64,000 nucleotides of DNA from an uncultured Candidatus Binatia bacterium (lineage in GTDB: Bacteria; Desulfobacterota; Binatia; UBA9968; JAJDTQ01), in assembly GCA_965242525.1 (NCBI GenBank), contig OZ251459.1, forward strand, positions 1,376,001 to 1,440,000, in the 5' to 3' direction. The notes under the pieces are model-generated. The model was not told the origin of the DNA. It was given only the letters and a program-made list of their open reading frames with translations, and searched no databases. The first letter of the stretch is position 1, and every line of letters starts with the position of its first letter. This document shows positions 18,543 through 27,005 of this stretch, piece after piece. A program made the position numbers and the translations under genes.

Positions 18543-19724
18543 ATGCCCGAGCCATCGGCAGGAACCCGGACGTTCACCCGAACTCTCGAAAGGGACGAGA
18601 CCCTGGTCCGCATAGGGTGGGAGGACTGGCTCGCCATGCCCCCGCCCGACGAGGACGGCGAGTTCACCGTCGCCGAGGTGGTGGAGCGCTACCGCCGCAA
18701 CGGCTACGAGTGGGACATGCACGGCTCCCTGTACACTCCAGCCAGGGAGCGGGGCGATCGCCCGGCCTTCGTGGTGTTCCACGGCGGCGGGGCCAACGAG
18801 AAAGTGATGGACGCGACCCCCGACGGACGCCCGGGCCTGGCCCGAAGACTGGCGGCCCAGGGGTACACGGTGCTGGCGCTGAGCTATCCGGGCCTGTGGC
18901 CGCCGGGAGGGGAATGGACCCGACCCATCGCGGAGCGGACGCCCATCTACATCCTGGACGCCGACACCGACGAGGAGGAACTCCACGACCGCCTGCTCAA
19001 GTGCACGTTCAACGTGATCCTCCAGGGCGCCGGACTCCTCACCGACCGGCACCTGCGCGGCCGGCGGCTCATCGCCTTCGGCCATTCCACCGGCGGACCC
19101 ATGGCCGCCCATCTGACGCGGTTCGCCCGGGAAGCGAAAGTGGTCGGCATCGTCGGCTGGGGCAGCGGCGGGCCGGACGGCTGGCGCCGGGAATGGCGGG
19201 AGGCCACGGGCATGGAGTCTCCCAAGCCCTACGACTTGGCGCAGATCTCCCGGCGCACGGTGGCCGCGTACCGGAAGTCCCATTACGAAGACCTGCCGGA
19301 GTTGACGCCCTGGGGGCGGATGGAGGACTTCTTCCGGCTCACCGAGAAGACCCGCCCCCAGATCAAGATCGGCCTGAGGGACAACCAGCACAACGTGTTC
19401 CCCGAGCGGCTGGAAGAATACGTCCGGGCCACCGGGCTGCCGCGGGACGAGTATTTCGACCACCTGCAGGACCCCCCGTCCCAATGGCTCGCCGACCTCA
19501 AGGTCCTGCTCATGGTGGGAGAGAACGACCACGGCCACTGGATCGGCGGCAAGGGCCTCGGCGACAAGCGGGAGATGTTCATGGCCGGGAAGTACGCCGG
19601 GGCCGGCGCCAGAGTGCGCGTGGGGCTGGTTCCCAAGTACACCCACATGGGCCATTGGGCGCTGTACAACGAGAAGATCGCCTACGCTTGGCTGTGGGCG
19701 CTCGAGACCGGCTACTTCGACTAA
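18543..19724 (+). CDS. Alpha/beta-hydrolase-fold protein of unknown specificity
   Basis: FHGGG, GHSTGG nucleophile elbow, GEND, HMGH. Confidence 0.7.
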   Translation: MPEPSAGTRTFTRTLERDETLVRIGWEDWLAMPPPDEDGEFTVAEVVERYRRNGYEWDMHGSLYTPARERGDRPAFVVFHGGGANEKVMDATPDGRPGLARRLAAQGYTVLALSYPGLWPPGGEWTRPIAERTPIYILDADTDEEELHDRLLKCTFNVILQGAGLLTDRHLRGRRLIAFGHSTGGPMAAHLTRFAREAKVVGIVGWGSGGPDGWRREWREATGMESPKPYDLAQISRRTVAAYRKSHYEDLPELTPWGRMEDFFRLTEKTRPQIKIGLRDNQHNVFPERLEEYVRATGLPRDEYFDHLQDPPSQWLADLKVLLMVGENDHGHWIGGKGLGDKREMFMAGKYAGAGARVRVGLVPKYTHMGHWALYNEKIAYAWLWALETGYFD

Positions 19725-19725
19725 G

Positions 19726-19835
19726 GGAACGTCGGATCAAATCCGGCTCGAGTTTCCTTTCACTATGGAAAAGCGCGTCCTTCGACTTCGCTTCGCTACG
19801 CTCAGGACGAACGGGGATCGTTGCTCAGGGTTTCC
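19726..19835 (+). mobile_element. MITE-A copy
   Basis: GGAACGTCGGATCAA...core...TCAGGGTTTCC; flanks TAAG/CAAG. Confidence 0.75.
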
Positions 19836-19901
19836 CAAGAGCCTGTCCGAGCCGCGGAGCGTTTGACGCGATACGCGCCAACGTTTTCCCGGAGGTTCCC
19901 C

Positions 19902-20711
19902 ATGCCCTTGCTCAGCGTCAGCGACACCCAACTGTATTACGAGGTCCACGGCCAGGGAGAGCCGTTCCTCTTCCTCAGCGAGACCCATTGCGACGGAGAG
20001 GTGTGGAAGATCCACCAGACCCAGGAGTTCTCGCGAGACCACCGGGTCATCACCATGGACTACCGGGGCACGGGCCGGTCCGGGAAGCCCTCCGTCCCCT
20101 ACACCACGCAGACCTTCGCCGACGACGCCATGGCGCTGCTGGACCACCTGGAGGCCCGGAAGGCCGTCGTCTGCGGCCACTCCATGGGGGGCCGGGTCGC
20201 CCAGGTCATGGCCCTCGACCATCCCGACAGGGTCAAGGCCCTGGTACTGGCCTCCACCGGCGCCGCCTATCCCGAAACCAAGGGCATTCCCCTCCAGATC
20301 GCCACCGAAATGGTGGAATGGGGTTACGAGAAATACGTCCGGGACCATTCCATCCTGGTAGGCTTCACCGAAGAGTTCGCCCGTCGCCACCCGGACAAGG
20401 TGGAACGCTACCTGCGCGTCCGCATGGCCAACATGGGCCCGGTGGAGTTCTACTTCCGTCACGTGCTGGCCCGGCAGGGACACGACACCGGCGGCCGGCT
20501 CCACGAGATCAAGGCCCCTACCCTGATCCTGGTGGGCGAGGACGACCGCAACGTCACCAGCGACGTGTCCCATCGGACTTCCGCGGAGATCCTGGAGAAA
20601 GGCATACCGGGCGCCCGGCTCGTGGTGCTGCCGGGAGAACGGCACAGCTACTTCTTCGCCAACCCGGACGCCGCCCACGCCGCCATGCGGGAGTTCCTGG
20701 CGCAGGTCTGA
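19902..20711 (+). CDS. Alpha/beta hydrolase (enol-lactone hydrolase-like)
   Basis: LYYEVHGQGEP, DYRGTGRS, GHSMGG, PTLILVGEDD; GGAGG RBS. Confidence 0.88.
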   Translation: MPLLSVSDTQLYYEVHGQGEPFLFLSETHCDGEVWKIHQTQEFSRDHRVITMDYRGTGRSGKPSVPYTTQTFADDAMALLDHLEARKAVVCGHSMGGRVAQVMALDHPDRVKALVLASTGAAYPETKGIPLQIATEMVEWGYEKYVRDHSILVGFTEEFARRHPDKVERYLRVRMANMGPVEFYFRHVLARQGHDTGGRLHEIKAPTLILVGEDDRNVTSDVSHRTSAEILEKGIPGARLVVLPGERHSYFFANPDAAHAAMREFLAQV

Positions 20712-20733
20712 CGAAGCCTCGCACCGGACGGAA

Positions 20734-20864
20734 GGAACCTCCGGACAATCGAGACGCCGGGATGGATTCCCTCATCCTGACCCCTGCCTCCGTTCGTCCT
20801 GAGCGTAGCGAAGCGGAGTCGAAGGACGCGCTCACGCCTCCTGTCCCGGTTTTCCAGGGGTTCC
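20734..20864 (-). mobile_element. MITE-A copy (inverted)
   Basis: GGAACCTCCGGACAATCGAGAC...TTTTCCAGGGGTTCC; GGAA 4-bp direct repeats on both sides. Confidence 0.82.
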
Positions 20865-20873
20865 GGAAAGGCT

Positions 20874-21812
20874 TCAAGCCCCGAGGATCTCGTTGACCTC
20901 TGCCAACTCCGCGGGCGTGAGCGCCCAATCCGCAGCCTTGGCGTTGTCCCGGACCTGATCCAGGCGGGTGGCGCCGGAAATGACCGAGCAGACCTGCGGC
21001 TGGGCGAGCAGCCAGCACTGGGCCAACTCGTTCAATCCCCGTCCCCGGGCTTCGGCCCACGATTGCAGGCGTTCCACCACGTCGTAGCGGTGGTCGGTCA
21101 TGTATTGCTGCACGTAGCCGTGGCTCTCGCCCCGGGAGCCGGGCGGCGGCTTCCGGCCCCGGAGGTACTTGCCGGTCAGGAAACCTCCGGCCAGCGGGAA
21201 ATAGGGCACGAAGCCCACGCCGTGGGCCCGGCAGTAGGGCAACACCTCGCGCTCGACCCCTCTCTCCAGCATGTGGTAGTGGGACTGGAGCACGGCGAAC
21301 GCGGTCCAGCCGCGGACCTCGGCCAGCAGGTTGGCGTGGGCCAGTTGCCACGACGCGAAGTCCGACGCGCCGACGTAGCGAACCTTCCCCTGGCGGACGA
21401 GGTCGTCCAGCGCCCGCAGGGTCTCCCCGATGGGCGTGCGGTCGTCCCAACGGTGGACGTAATACACGTCGATACGGTCGCTCCGGAGGCGCCGGAGGCT
21501 TCCTTCCACCGCGTTCATCAGGTGGTAGCGCGACGCGCCCCGGTCGTTGGGTCCTTCACCCGTGGGAAAGAAGAACTTGGTGGCCACCACGAAGCGGTCC
21601 CGGCGGCCTTGCAGCGCGCTCCCCAGGGTTTCCTCGGAACGCCCCTCCTGGTAGCTGTTGGAGGTGTCGATGAAGTTGATGCCGAGGTCCACCGCGGCAT
21701 CGAGGACGTCCGCCACCCGCCCTGCCGGCAAGACCGGCGAGCCGAACCGGTTCGTCCCGAGACCGATGGCCGAGACGCGGACGCCCGACGACCCGAGATG
21801 GCGATACTCCAT
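20874..21812 (-). CDS. Aldo/keto reductase
   Basis: MEYRHLGSSGVRVSAIGLG, FIDTSNSY, VVATK, SLRRLRSDRIDVYYVH, PLAGGFLTGKY. Confidence 0.93.
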   Translation of the reverse strand: MEYRHLGSSGVRVSAIGLGTNRFGSPVLPAGRVADVLDAAVDLGINFIDTSNSYQEGRSEETLGSALQGRRDRFVVATKFFFPTGEGPNDRGASRYHLMNAVEGSLRRLRSDRIDVYYVHRWDDRTPIGETLRALDDLVRQGKVRYVGASDFASWQLAHANLLAEVRGWTAFAVLQSHYHMLERGVEREVLPYCRAHGVGFVPYFPLAGGFLTGKYLRGRKPPPGSRGESHGYVQQYMTDHRYDVVERLQSWAEARGRGLNELAQCWLLAQPQVCSVISGATRLDQVRDNAKAADWALTPAELAEVNEILGA

Positions 21813-22028
21813 GCTCGATACCTTTCCAGTCGATGAAGAAGTTGGTTCGTCCCGGCCCTGGCCTCTTCCCACTCGAATTCGTAGCTTACAGACGCATCCT
21901 ACGCCAACTCGCCCCGGAAGCCAACGGTCGGCGCTGCCGGCGGCTACGTCCCGCCGCTCAGGTTTGACCGTCTCCGGGCCGCGGTGATAGATTCGCCGCA
22001 CCAACGCAGGGGAGCCTCGGAGGTGGTC

Positions 22029-22793
22029 ATGCAGTGGGACATGGAGCGGGACAGCGCGTTCGTGACCGGCGGCGGCAGCGGCATCGGCCAAGCCGTCGCG
22101 CTCAGGCTGGGCGAGCAGAAGGTGCGGGTGGCGGTGAGCGACGTGGACTCGGCCAAGGCCGAGGAAACCGCGTCCCGGATCACCGCGGCCGGCGGCGCCG
22201 CGCTGCCGCTTGCCCTGGACGTCACCCGCCCGGACCAGGTGGAAGCCGCGGTGGCCAGGGCCCACGCCGAGTTCGGCGGCCTCGCCTACCTGGTGAACGT
22301 CGCCGGCATCTCCCAGCAGAAACCGGTGCACGAGATCAGCGACGCGGACTGGGCGCGCATGATCGACGTCCACCTGAACGGAACCTTCTACTGCATACGC
22401 GCGGTCCTGCCGCGGATGATGGAAGCCGGGTTCGGCGCCATCGCGAGCCTTTCCTCCATGCACGGTCTCAGAGGCCAGGAATTCGCGTCCCACTACTCCG
22501 CGGCCAAGGCCGGCATCGCCGCCCTCACCAAGTCCGCGGCCCGCGAGGTCGCGGGACACGGCATCCGCATCAACGCCCTTGCCCCGGGCCCCATCGACAC
22601 CCCCATGTGGCGCCGCGGACTCACCGGAGACGCCCTGGAACAGCGGCGGTCGGAACGTTCCAGGGTCGTGCCCATGGGACGGCTCGGCCAACCGGACGAG
22701 GTGGCCGACTTGGCCCTGTTCCTGCTGAGCCCCGCGAGCAGCTACATGACCGGGCAGGTGGTGGGGGTCAACGGCGGCGAGCTGATGCCGTAA
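22029..22793 (+). CDS. Short-chain dehydrogenase/reductase (FabG-like)
   Basis: TGGGSGIG, NVAG, YSAAK, PGPIDT. Confidence 0.92.
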   Translation: MQWDMERDSAFVTGGGSGIGQAVALRLGEQKVRVAVSDVDSAKAEETASRITAAGGAALPLALDVTRPDQVEAAVARAHAEFGGLAYLVNVAGISQQKPVHEISDADWARMIDVHLNGTFYCIRAVLPRMMEAGFGAIASLSSMHGLRGQEFASHYSAAKAGIAALTKSAAREVAGHGIRINALAPGPIDTPMWRRGLTGDALEQRRSERSRVVPMGRLGQPDEVADLALFLLSPASSYMTGQVVGVNGGELMP

Positions 22794-22825
22794 ACGGCCC
22801 CCGGCGGCTGCCGAGCGCTACGCCG

Positions 22826-23060
22826 GGGACCCTTGGACAATCGAGACAGGGGGCATGAGCACGTCCTTCGACTTCGCTACGCTCAGGACGAACGGGGATA
22901 GAGGGTCAGGGTGAGGGGATCCATCCCGGCGCCCCGTAACATTCGCTCTGTCAGCATGGATAGGTCGCGAGACATGTTTGCCCTGCATGATGGGATGTTC
23001 CACGCCAGTGACTTGGTCGCTGTTGCAGGATACTGGATACCTCGATCGTTCAGAGGTTCC
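22826..23060 (+). mobile_element. MITE-A copy interrupted by MITE-B
   Basis: GGGACCCTTGGACAATCGAGACA...CTCGATCGTTCAGAGGTTCC with core at about 22860-22895. Confidence 0.78.
22930..23032. mobile_element. MITE-B (diverged copy, inverted relative to 14356-14458)
   Basis: Aligns end to end (103 bp) with the reverse complement of 14356-14458; flanks CCGG/CTGG. Confidence 0.78.
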
Positions 23061-23061
23061 G

Positions 23062-24111
23062 TCAGTCGTTGCCGAACAGCGGGAGTTGCGGGGTATCGGT
23101 CCGGAACGACGCGGTGGACAGGCTCCAGGTCCTGTGCGGCAGGCCGGCTTTGCGGCAGGCGGCCCGGAACAGCCCCTTCAGTTGCTCCGCGAAGATCCCC
23201 TGCCCTTTCATCCGGGCGCCGAAGCCGGTTTCGTTGAGGCGGCCGCCGCGGACATCGCGGATGCGGTGCAACACCTTCTCCTTGCGTTCGGGGAAGTGCT
23301 CTTCCAGCCAGCCTTCGAACAGGTCCTTGACCCCGAAAGGCAGCCGCAGCATCGTATAGCCGGCGCACCCGGCGCCGGCTTCCGCGGCAGCCTCCAGGAT
23401 GGCCGGCACCTCGTGGTCGTTGAGGGCCGGGATCACCGGCGCCACCAGCACGCCCACCGGGATACCGGCGCGGCTCAGGGCGCGGATGGCGTCCAGGCGC
23501 AGCCCGGGTTGCGAAGCACGGGGCTCCATCCTGCCGCAAAGGTCCCGGTCCAGGGTCGTGACCGAGACGAACACCAAGGCCGCGTCGTGGGCCGCCAACT
23601 CCCCGAGCAGGTCCAGGTCCCGGGTCACCAGGTGGTTCTTGGTCACGATGGCCACCGGGTTGCGGAACGCGGCAAGCACCTCGAGGCAACCCCGCGTGAG
23701 CTCCAGCCGACGCTCCACCGGCTGGTAAGGGTCGGTCACGCCGCACAGGGCGATCACCTGCGGCTTCCACCGGGGCGACGCCAGTTCCGCCCGCAGCAAC
23801 TCCGGCGCCTTCTCCTTGACCAGGATCTTGGATTCGAAATCCAGGCCCGCGGAGAACCCCAGGTATTCATGCGTGGGACGGGCGTAGCAGTAGATGCAAC
23901 CGTGCTCGCAACCCCGGTACGGGTTGACGCTGGCCTCGAAGCCCACGTCGGGACTGTCGTTGTAGGAGATGATCGACCGGGAGAGGTCCCTCAGGAGCGT
24001 GGTGCGAGGCCCGTCCGACGGTTCGTCCGGGACCAGGGAGATGGCCTCGAAACGGTTCCGGGGGTTGTCAAGGCTCCCTCGTCCGCCGGCGACTCTCGGT
24101 CTGCTGGTCAT
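23062..24111 (-). CDS. PA0069/Rv2578c-family radical SAM protein
   Basis: NDSPDVGF..SVNPYRGCEHGCIYCYARPTHEYLG.SAGLDFE (CxxxCxxC). Confidence 0.93.
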   Translation of the reverse strand: MTSRPRVAGGRGSLDNPRNRFEAISLVPDEPSDGPRTTLLRDLSRSIISYNDSPDVGFEASVNPYRGCEHGCIYCYARPTHEYLGFSAGLDFESKILVKEKAPELLRAELASPRWKPQVIALCGVTDPYQPVERRLELTRGCLEVLAAFRNPVAIVTKNHLVTRDLDLLGELAAHDAALVFVSVTTLDRDLCGRMEPRASQPGLRLDAIRALSRAGIPVGVLVAPVIPALNDHEVPAILEAAAEAGAGCAGYTMLRLPFGVKDLFEGWLEEHFPERKEKVLHRIRDVRGGRLNETGFGARMKGQGIFAEQLKGLFRAACRKAGLPHRTWSLSTASFRTDTPQLPLFGND

Positions 24112-24158
24112 CCGTTCCCGACGCCCCCTTCACGCCGCTGTCCTGTTGGACCATACCA

Positions 24159-24262
24159 GGAAACCCTGAACAAACGAGTCATGGATGGGGGGCTTCTTCC
24201 ACCCTGCTCATCCTTTCCCCGTTCGTCCTGAGCGTAGCGAAGCGAAGTCGAAGGACGCGCTT
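24159..24262 (-). mobile_element. MITE-A copy (inverted, one end lost)
   Basis: GGAAACCCTGAACAAACGAGTCATGGATGG plus reverse core; reverse match to 14220-14319. Confidence 0.7.
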
Positions 24263-24271
24263 CGGACCGCC

Positions 24272-24874
24272 TCAGCCCTTGCCGGGCTCGATGCGCCACT
24301 GCCTGAACTTGGCGTCGGTAGCGCCGCACGGCGCAAGCTCCAGGCTGCGGGACATGAACGGCCCGGCCGTCCTGCTGGCGGACCCCACCGCAAGACAGAG
24401 GGCCCCGTCGCCCGCAGGCCGGAACTCCAGGGTCTCGCGGTCGTAGTCGAACCGCTGCTCGGGGGAGTCGTCGGAGCAGTCCACCAACCCCAGGGAGACC
24501 CCCGCGGCCGCGGGCGCCGTCAGGGTCGCGCACTTGCCGGAGTAGGTGGCGGAAGCGATCCGCCGCGCCGCCTCGTCGTAAGAGAACTGCACGTCCCCGC
24601 CGCGGGGCTTGCACGAATGCGCGTGCAGCCTCTCGCCGAAACCCCGTCCCACCGTGTCGATGCAGAACCCCAGGTCGTCCTGCTCGTCCAGGTTGTCCGC
24701 CAGGTAGATCACCGGCGCCGGCGTCTGCAAGGCCGGGGGCGCCGCGGACACCCACAGCGGCGCGCACACCAGCAGGAACGCCGCCAACCCCGCAACCAGC
24801 CGTCCGTGAGCGGCCAAGGGTCCATGCGGCCGAGTCGCCTCGACAAGGGTTTCCGGTTCACCGTTCGTCTTCAT
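24272..24874 (-). CDS. Exported ricin-B (beta-trefoil) lectin-like protein
   Basis: Hydrophobic leader; GFCIDT, HSCK, C...Q.F and C.....QW repeats. Confidence 0.65.
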   Translation of the reverse strand: MKTNGEPETLVEATRPHGPLAAHGRLVAGLAAFLLVCAPLWVSAAPPALQTPAPVIYLADNLDEQDDLGFCIDTVGRGFGERLHAHSCKPRGGDVQFSYDEAARRIASATYSGKCATLTAPAAAGVSLGLVDCSDDSPEQRFDYDRETLEFRPAGDGALCLAVGSASRTAGPFMSRSLELAPCGATDAKFRQWRIEPGKG

Positions 24875-24896
24875 GGGGTCACCTCGCTTCCCTGAA

Positions 24897-25178
24897 TTAC
24901 TCGATCTCCCGGTTGCGCACGAGGGTCGTCCGGTAAGCAGACTCCAAACCTGCCCACACGTGGGCGCCAATGTCGAGGACGCGCTCCAGTTCCAGCGCCG
25001 TCTCCTGAGTAATGGCCTTCTTGCCCCGGATGATCTCGTTCACAGCCTGCACCGGGCGCCCGAGGGCGATGGCCAACTGAGCCTGACTCATTCCCAACGC
25101 TTCGATTTCCTCCTGGAGAACCTCCCCCGGAGGAATGGGCAGGTCGGACCAAGCCCTCGTTACGGCAGTCCTACTCAT
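24897..25178 (-). CDS. higA: HigA family addiction-module antitoxin (orphan)
   Basis: PPGEVLQEEIEALGMSQAQLA..LGRP...VNEIIRGKKAIT.ETAL.LE...W.GLE..Y. Confidence 0.88.
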   Translation of the reverse strand: MSRTAVTRAWSDLPIPPGEVLQEEIEALGMSQAQLAIALGRPVQAVNEIIRGKKAITQETALELERVLDIGAHVWAGLESAYRTTLVRNREIE

Positions 25179-25319
25179 GGAACCTCTGAACAATCGGGAC
25201 AGGGGACATAAGCGCGTCCTTCGACTTCGCTACGCTACGCTCAGGACGAACGGGGATAGGGGCGTCAGGGTGAGGGAATCGGGAATCCATCCCGGATGTC
25301 TCGATTGTTCAGAGGTTCC
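25179..25319 (+). mobile_element. MITE-A copy, best preserved (141 bp)
   Basis: 23-bp TIR GGAACCTCTGAACAATCGGGACA / TGTCTCGATTGTTCAGAGGTTCC (1 mismatch); TCAT target duplication at 25175-25178 and 25320-25323. Confidence 0.9.
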
Positions 25320-25465
25320 TCATAGTGGTTGTCCACCTCCTTCACCGTGCCCTCCGTGTTTGAGAAGGGGACGGCAGGAAGAACGACGAGGCGCTCGCGC
25401 CGCGGGCCGGTCGCCCGGGAGCCTGTCCGGGCAGGGGACCGACCCGCGCCGCGGCGGCTATGCCC

Positions 25466-25699
25466 TCACGAGTCCAGGAGGGAGTCGATGCGCTCCGGCT
25501 GGAAGCCCACCACCGCCTCGCCGTCGATGATGACCACCGGAGTGCTCTGGAAGCCCCGGGCCAGCAGGTCCTTCATGGCCTCCTGGTCCTCGCGGATGTT
25601 CTTCTCCACGAAATCAACGCCCTTTTGAGAAAGATACTCCTTCTCTCGATGGCAAGGCGGTCAACCGGGCTGGGTGAACAGTATGACGGATTCTGCCAT
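25466..25699 (-). CDS. Glutaredoxin-like (NrdH/YruB-type) selenoprotein with UPPC active site
   Basis: Manual translation MAESVILFTQPG-(TGA)-PPCHREKEYLSQKGVDFVEKNIREDQEAMKDLLARGFQSTPVVIIDGEAVVGFQPERIDSLLDS; AAGGAGG RBS; the TGA sits at the first Cys of CxxC. Confidence 0.85.
25618..25660 (-). promoter_or_regulatory. Putative bacterial SECIS hairpin
   Basis: Directly 3' of the TGA: CGCCTT...GAGAAGGA-GTA-TCTTTCTC...AAGGGCG; apical loop starts with G about 24 nt after the UGA. Confidence 0.6.
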
Positions 25700-25852
25700 G
25701 GGTTCCTCCTTCTGGCTGGTCGATGCTGCTTCACGACAACCTAACACCCGCCGGACCATTTCTCAATGTTTGCTTTCTCCCGCGTCCCGTCCTAGCCTGC
25801 TCACCGAGGTCCGCGCCGAGGTCGGGTCCGGACCTGTCGGGAGGTCTTCGAC

Positions 25853-26845
25853 ATGTCGATGCAGTTCTATCTCCACAGTATCAACGGCGGCGTGAAGGAC
25901 GTGGCCCGGATCCGGGAGCGCGCGGTCAGGGCCGAGGAACTGGGGTTCGAGGGCGTCTTCGTGGGCGCCAACCAGCTCAGCACGCCGGAACCCTTCTCGG
26001 TGCTGACCATGTGCGCCCTGTCAACGCAACGCCTGAAGCTGGGCGTCGCGGTCGCCAACATGGTCTTCCAGGAACCCACGGTGCTGGCGGGGGCCGCGGC
26101 GACCCTCGACGGGATTTCCCAGGGGCGGGCCATACTGGGCCTGGGCACCGGGGACAGTCCGGTCCACGCCATGGGGCGCAAGCCCACGCGCCTGGCCGCC
26201 TTCGAGGACGGGGTTCGGACCATCCGGGAGCTGCTCCGGGGCGGGGAGATGGCCACCCCCACCGGCCGCGTGGGCATCGCCTTCCGGCACGGTCCGGCGC
26301 CGGTCTTCCTGGCGGTGGAGGGTCCGCGCGGGCTGCGGCTGGCGGGCCGGGCCGCGGACGGCGTGTTCCTCGCCAGCGGCGTGGAGCCGAAGGCCCTGGG
26401 CTGGGCGCTGGCGCGCGTTGCCGAAGGCGCCCGTGAAGCGGACCGTCCGCGGGAAGACGTCACCATACTGGCGGCCGCCATGGTCTGCATCCAGAGCGAC
26501 GGCGCCGAAGCGCGCCGCACGGTAAGGCCGCGGCTGGCCAACAGGGCCCATCACAACTTCCAGGCGACACTGGAGACCGTTCCCCAAGAGCACATGGACG
26601 ACGTCAAACGGTTCATGGAGGCCTTCGACCCGTCCAGGCCCATGGAGGAACGCTCGGACCCGGCCCTGGTGACCGACTACCTGGTGCACCGGTTCGCCAT
26701 TGCGGGCAGCCCAAAGGAATGCGTCGCGCGGCTGGAGGAGTTGCAGGAAGCGGGGGTCAGCCGCGTCATGCTGACGCCCTCCCGGAGCGTCTATGAAGAG
26801 ACGGTGGAAGCCCTGGGCAAGGAAGTGATGCCGGCGTTCCGGTAG
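25853..26845 (+). CDS. LLM-class flavin/F420-dependent oxidoreductase (Mer-like)
   Basis: AEELGFEGVFV, TQRLKLGVAVAN, SQGRAILGLGTGDS, GPRGLRLAGRAADG. Confidence 0.88.
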   Translation: MSMQFYLHSINGGVKDVARIRERAVRAEELGFEGVFVGANQLSTPEPFSVLTMCALSTQRLKLGVAVANMVFQEPTVLAGAAATLDGISQGRAILGLGTGDSPVHAMGRKPTRLAAFEDGVRTIRELLRGGEMATPTGRVGIAFRHGPAPVFLAVEGPRGLRLAGRAADGVFLASGVEPKALGWALARVAEGAREADRPREDVTILAAAMVCIQSDGAEARRTVRPRLANRAHHNFQATLETVPQEHMDDVKRFMEAFDPSRPMEERSDPALVTDYLVHRFAIAGSPKECVARLEELQEAGVSRVMLTPSRSVYEETVEALGKEVMPAFR

Positions 26846-26908
26846 CCGGGGTCCCGCGGCAGGCGCGGGGCGTACCCACTCACACGGCGCACAGCCGGGC
26901 GGAAAGCC

Positions 26909-26937
26909 TTGACATCCCCGCGGCGCTTCTGTAGCCA
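26909..26937 (+). promoter_or_regulatory. Putative sigma70 promoter
   Basis: TTGACA-N17-TAGCCA upstream of the solo tctC-like gene. Confidence 0.35.
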
Positions 26938-27005
26938 AGGGGGGCTTGGCGTCGAAGACGCCGGAAACGAAAGCGCCGGAACACGAGGGAAAGGGAGGAG
27001 CATCC

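Noticed and set aside
20874-22691. 605-aa aldo/keto reductase with a long N-terminal domain
   Set aside because: The extension is the antisense of the SDR gene; AKR homology starts at 21812
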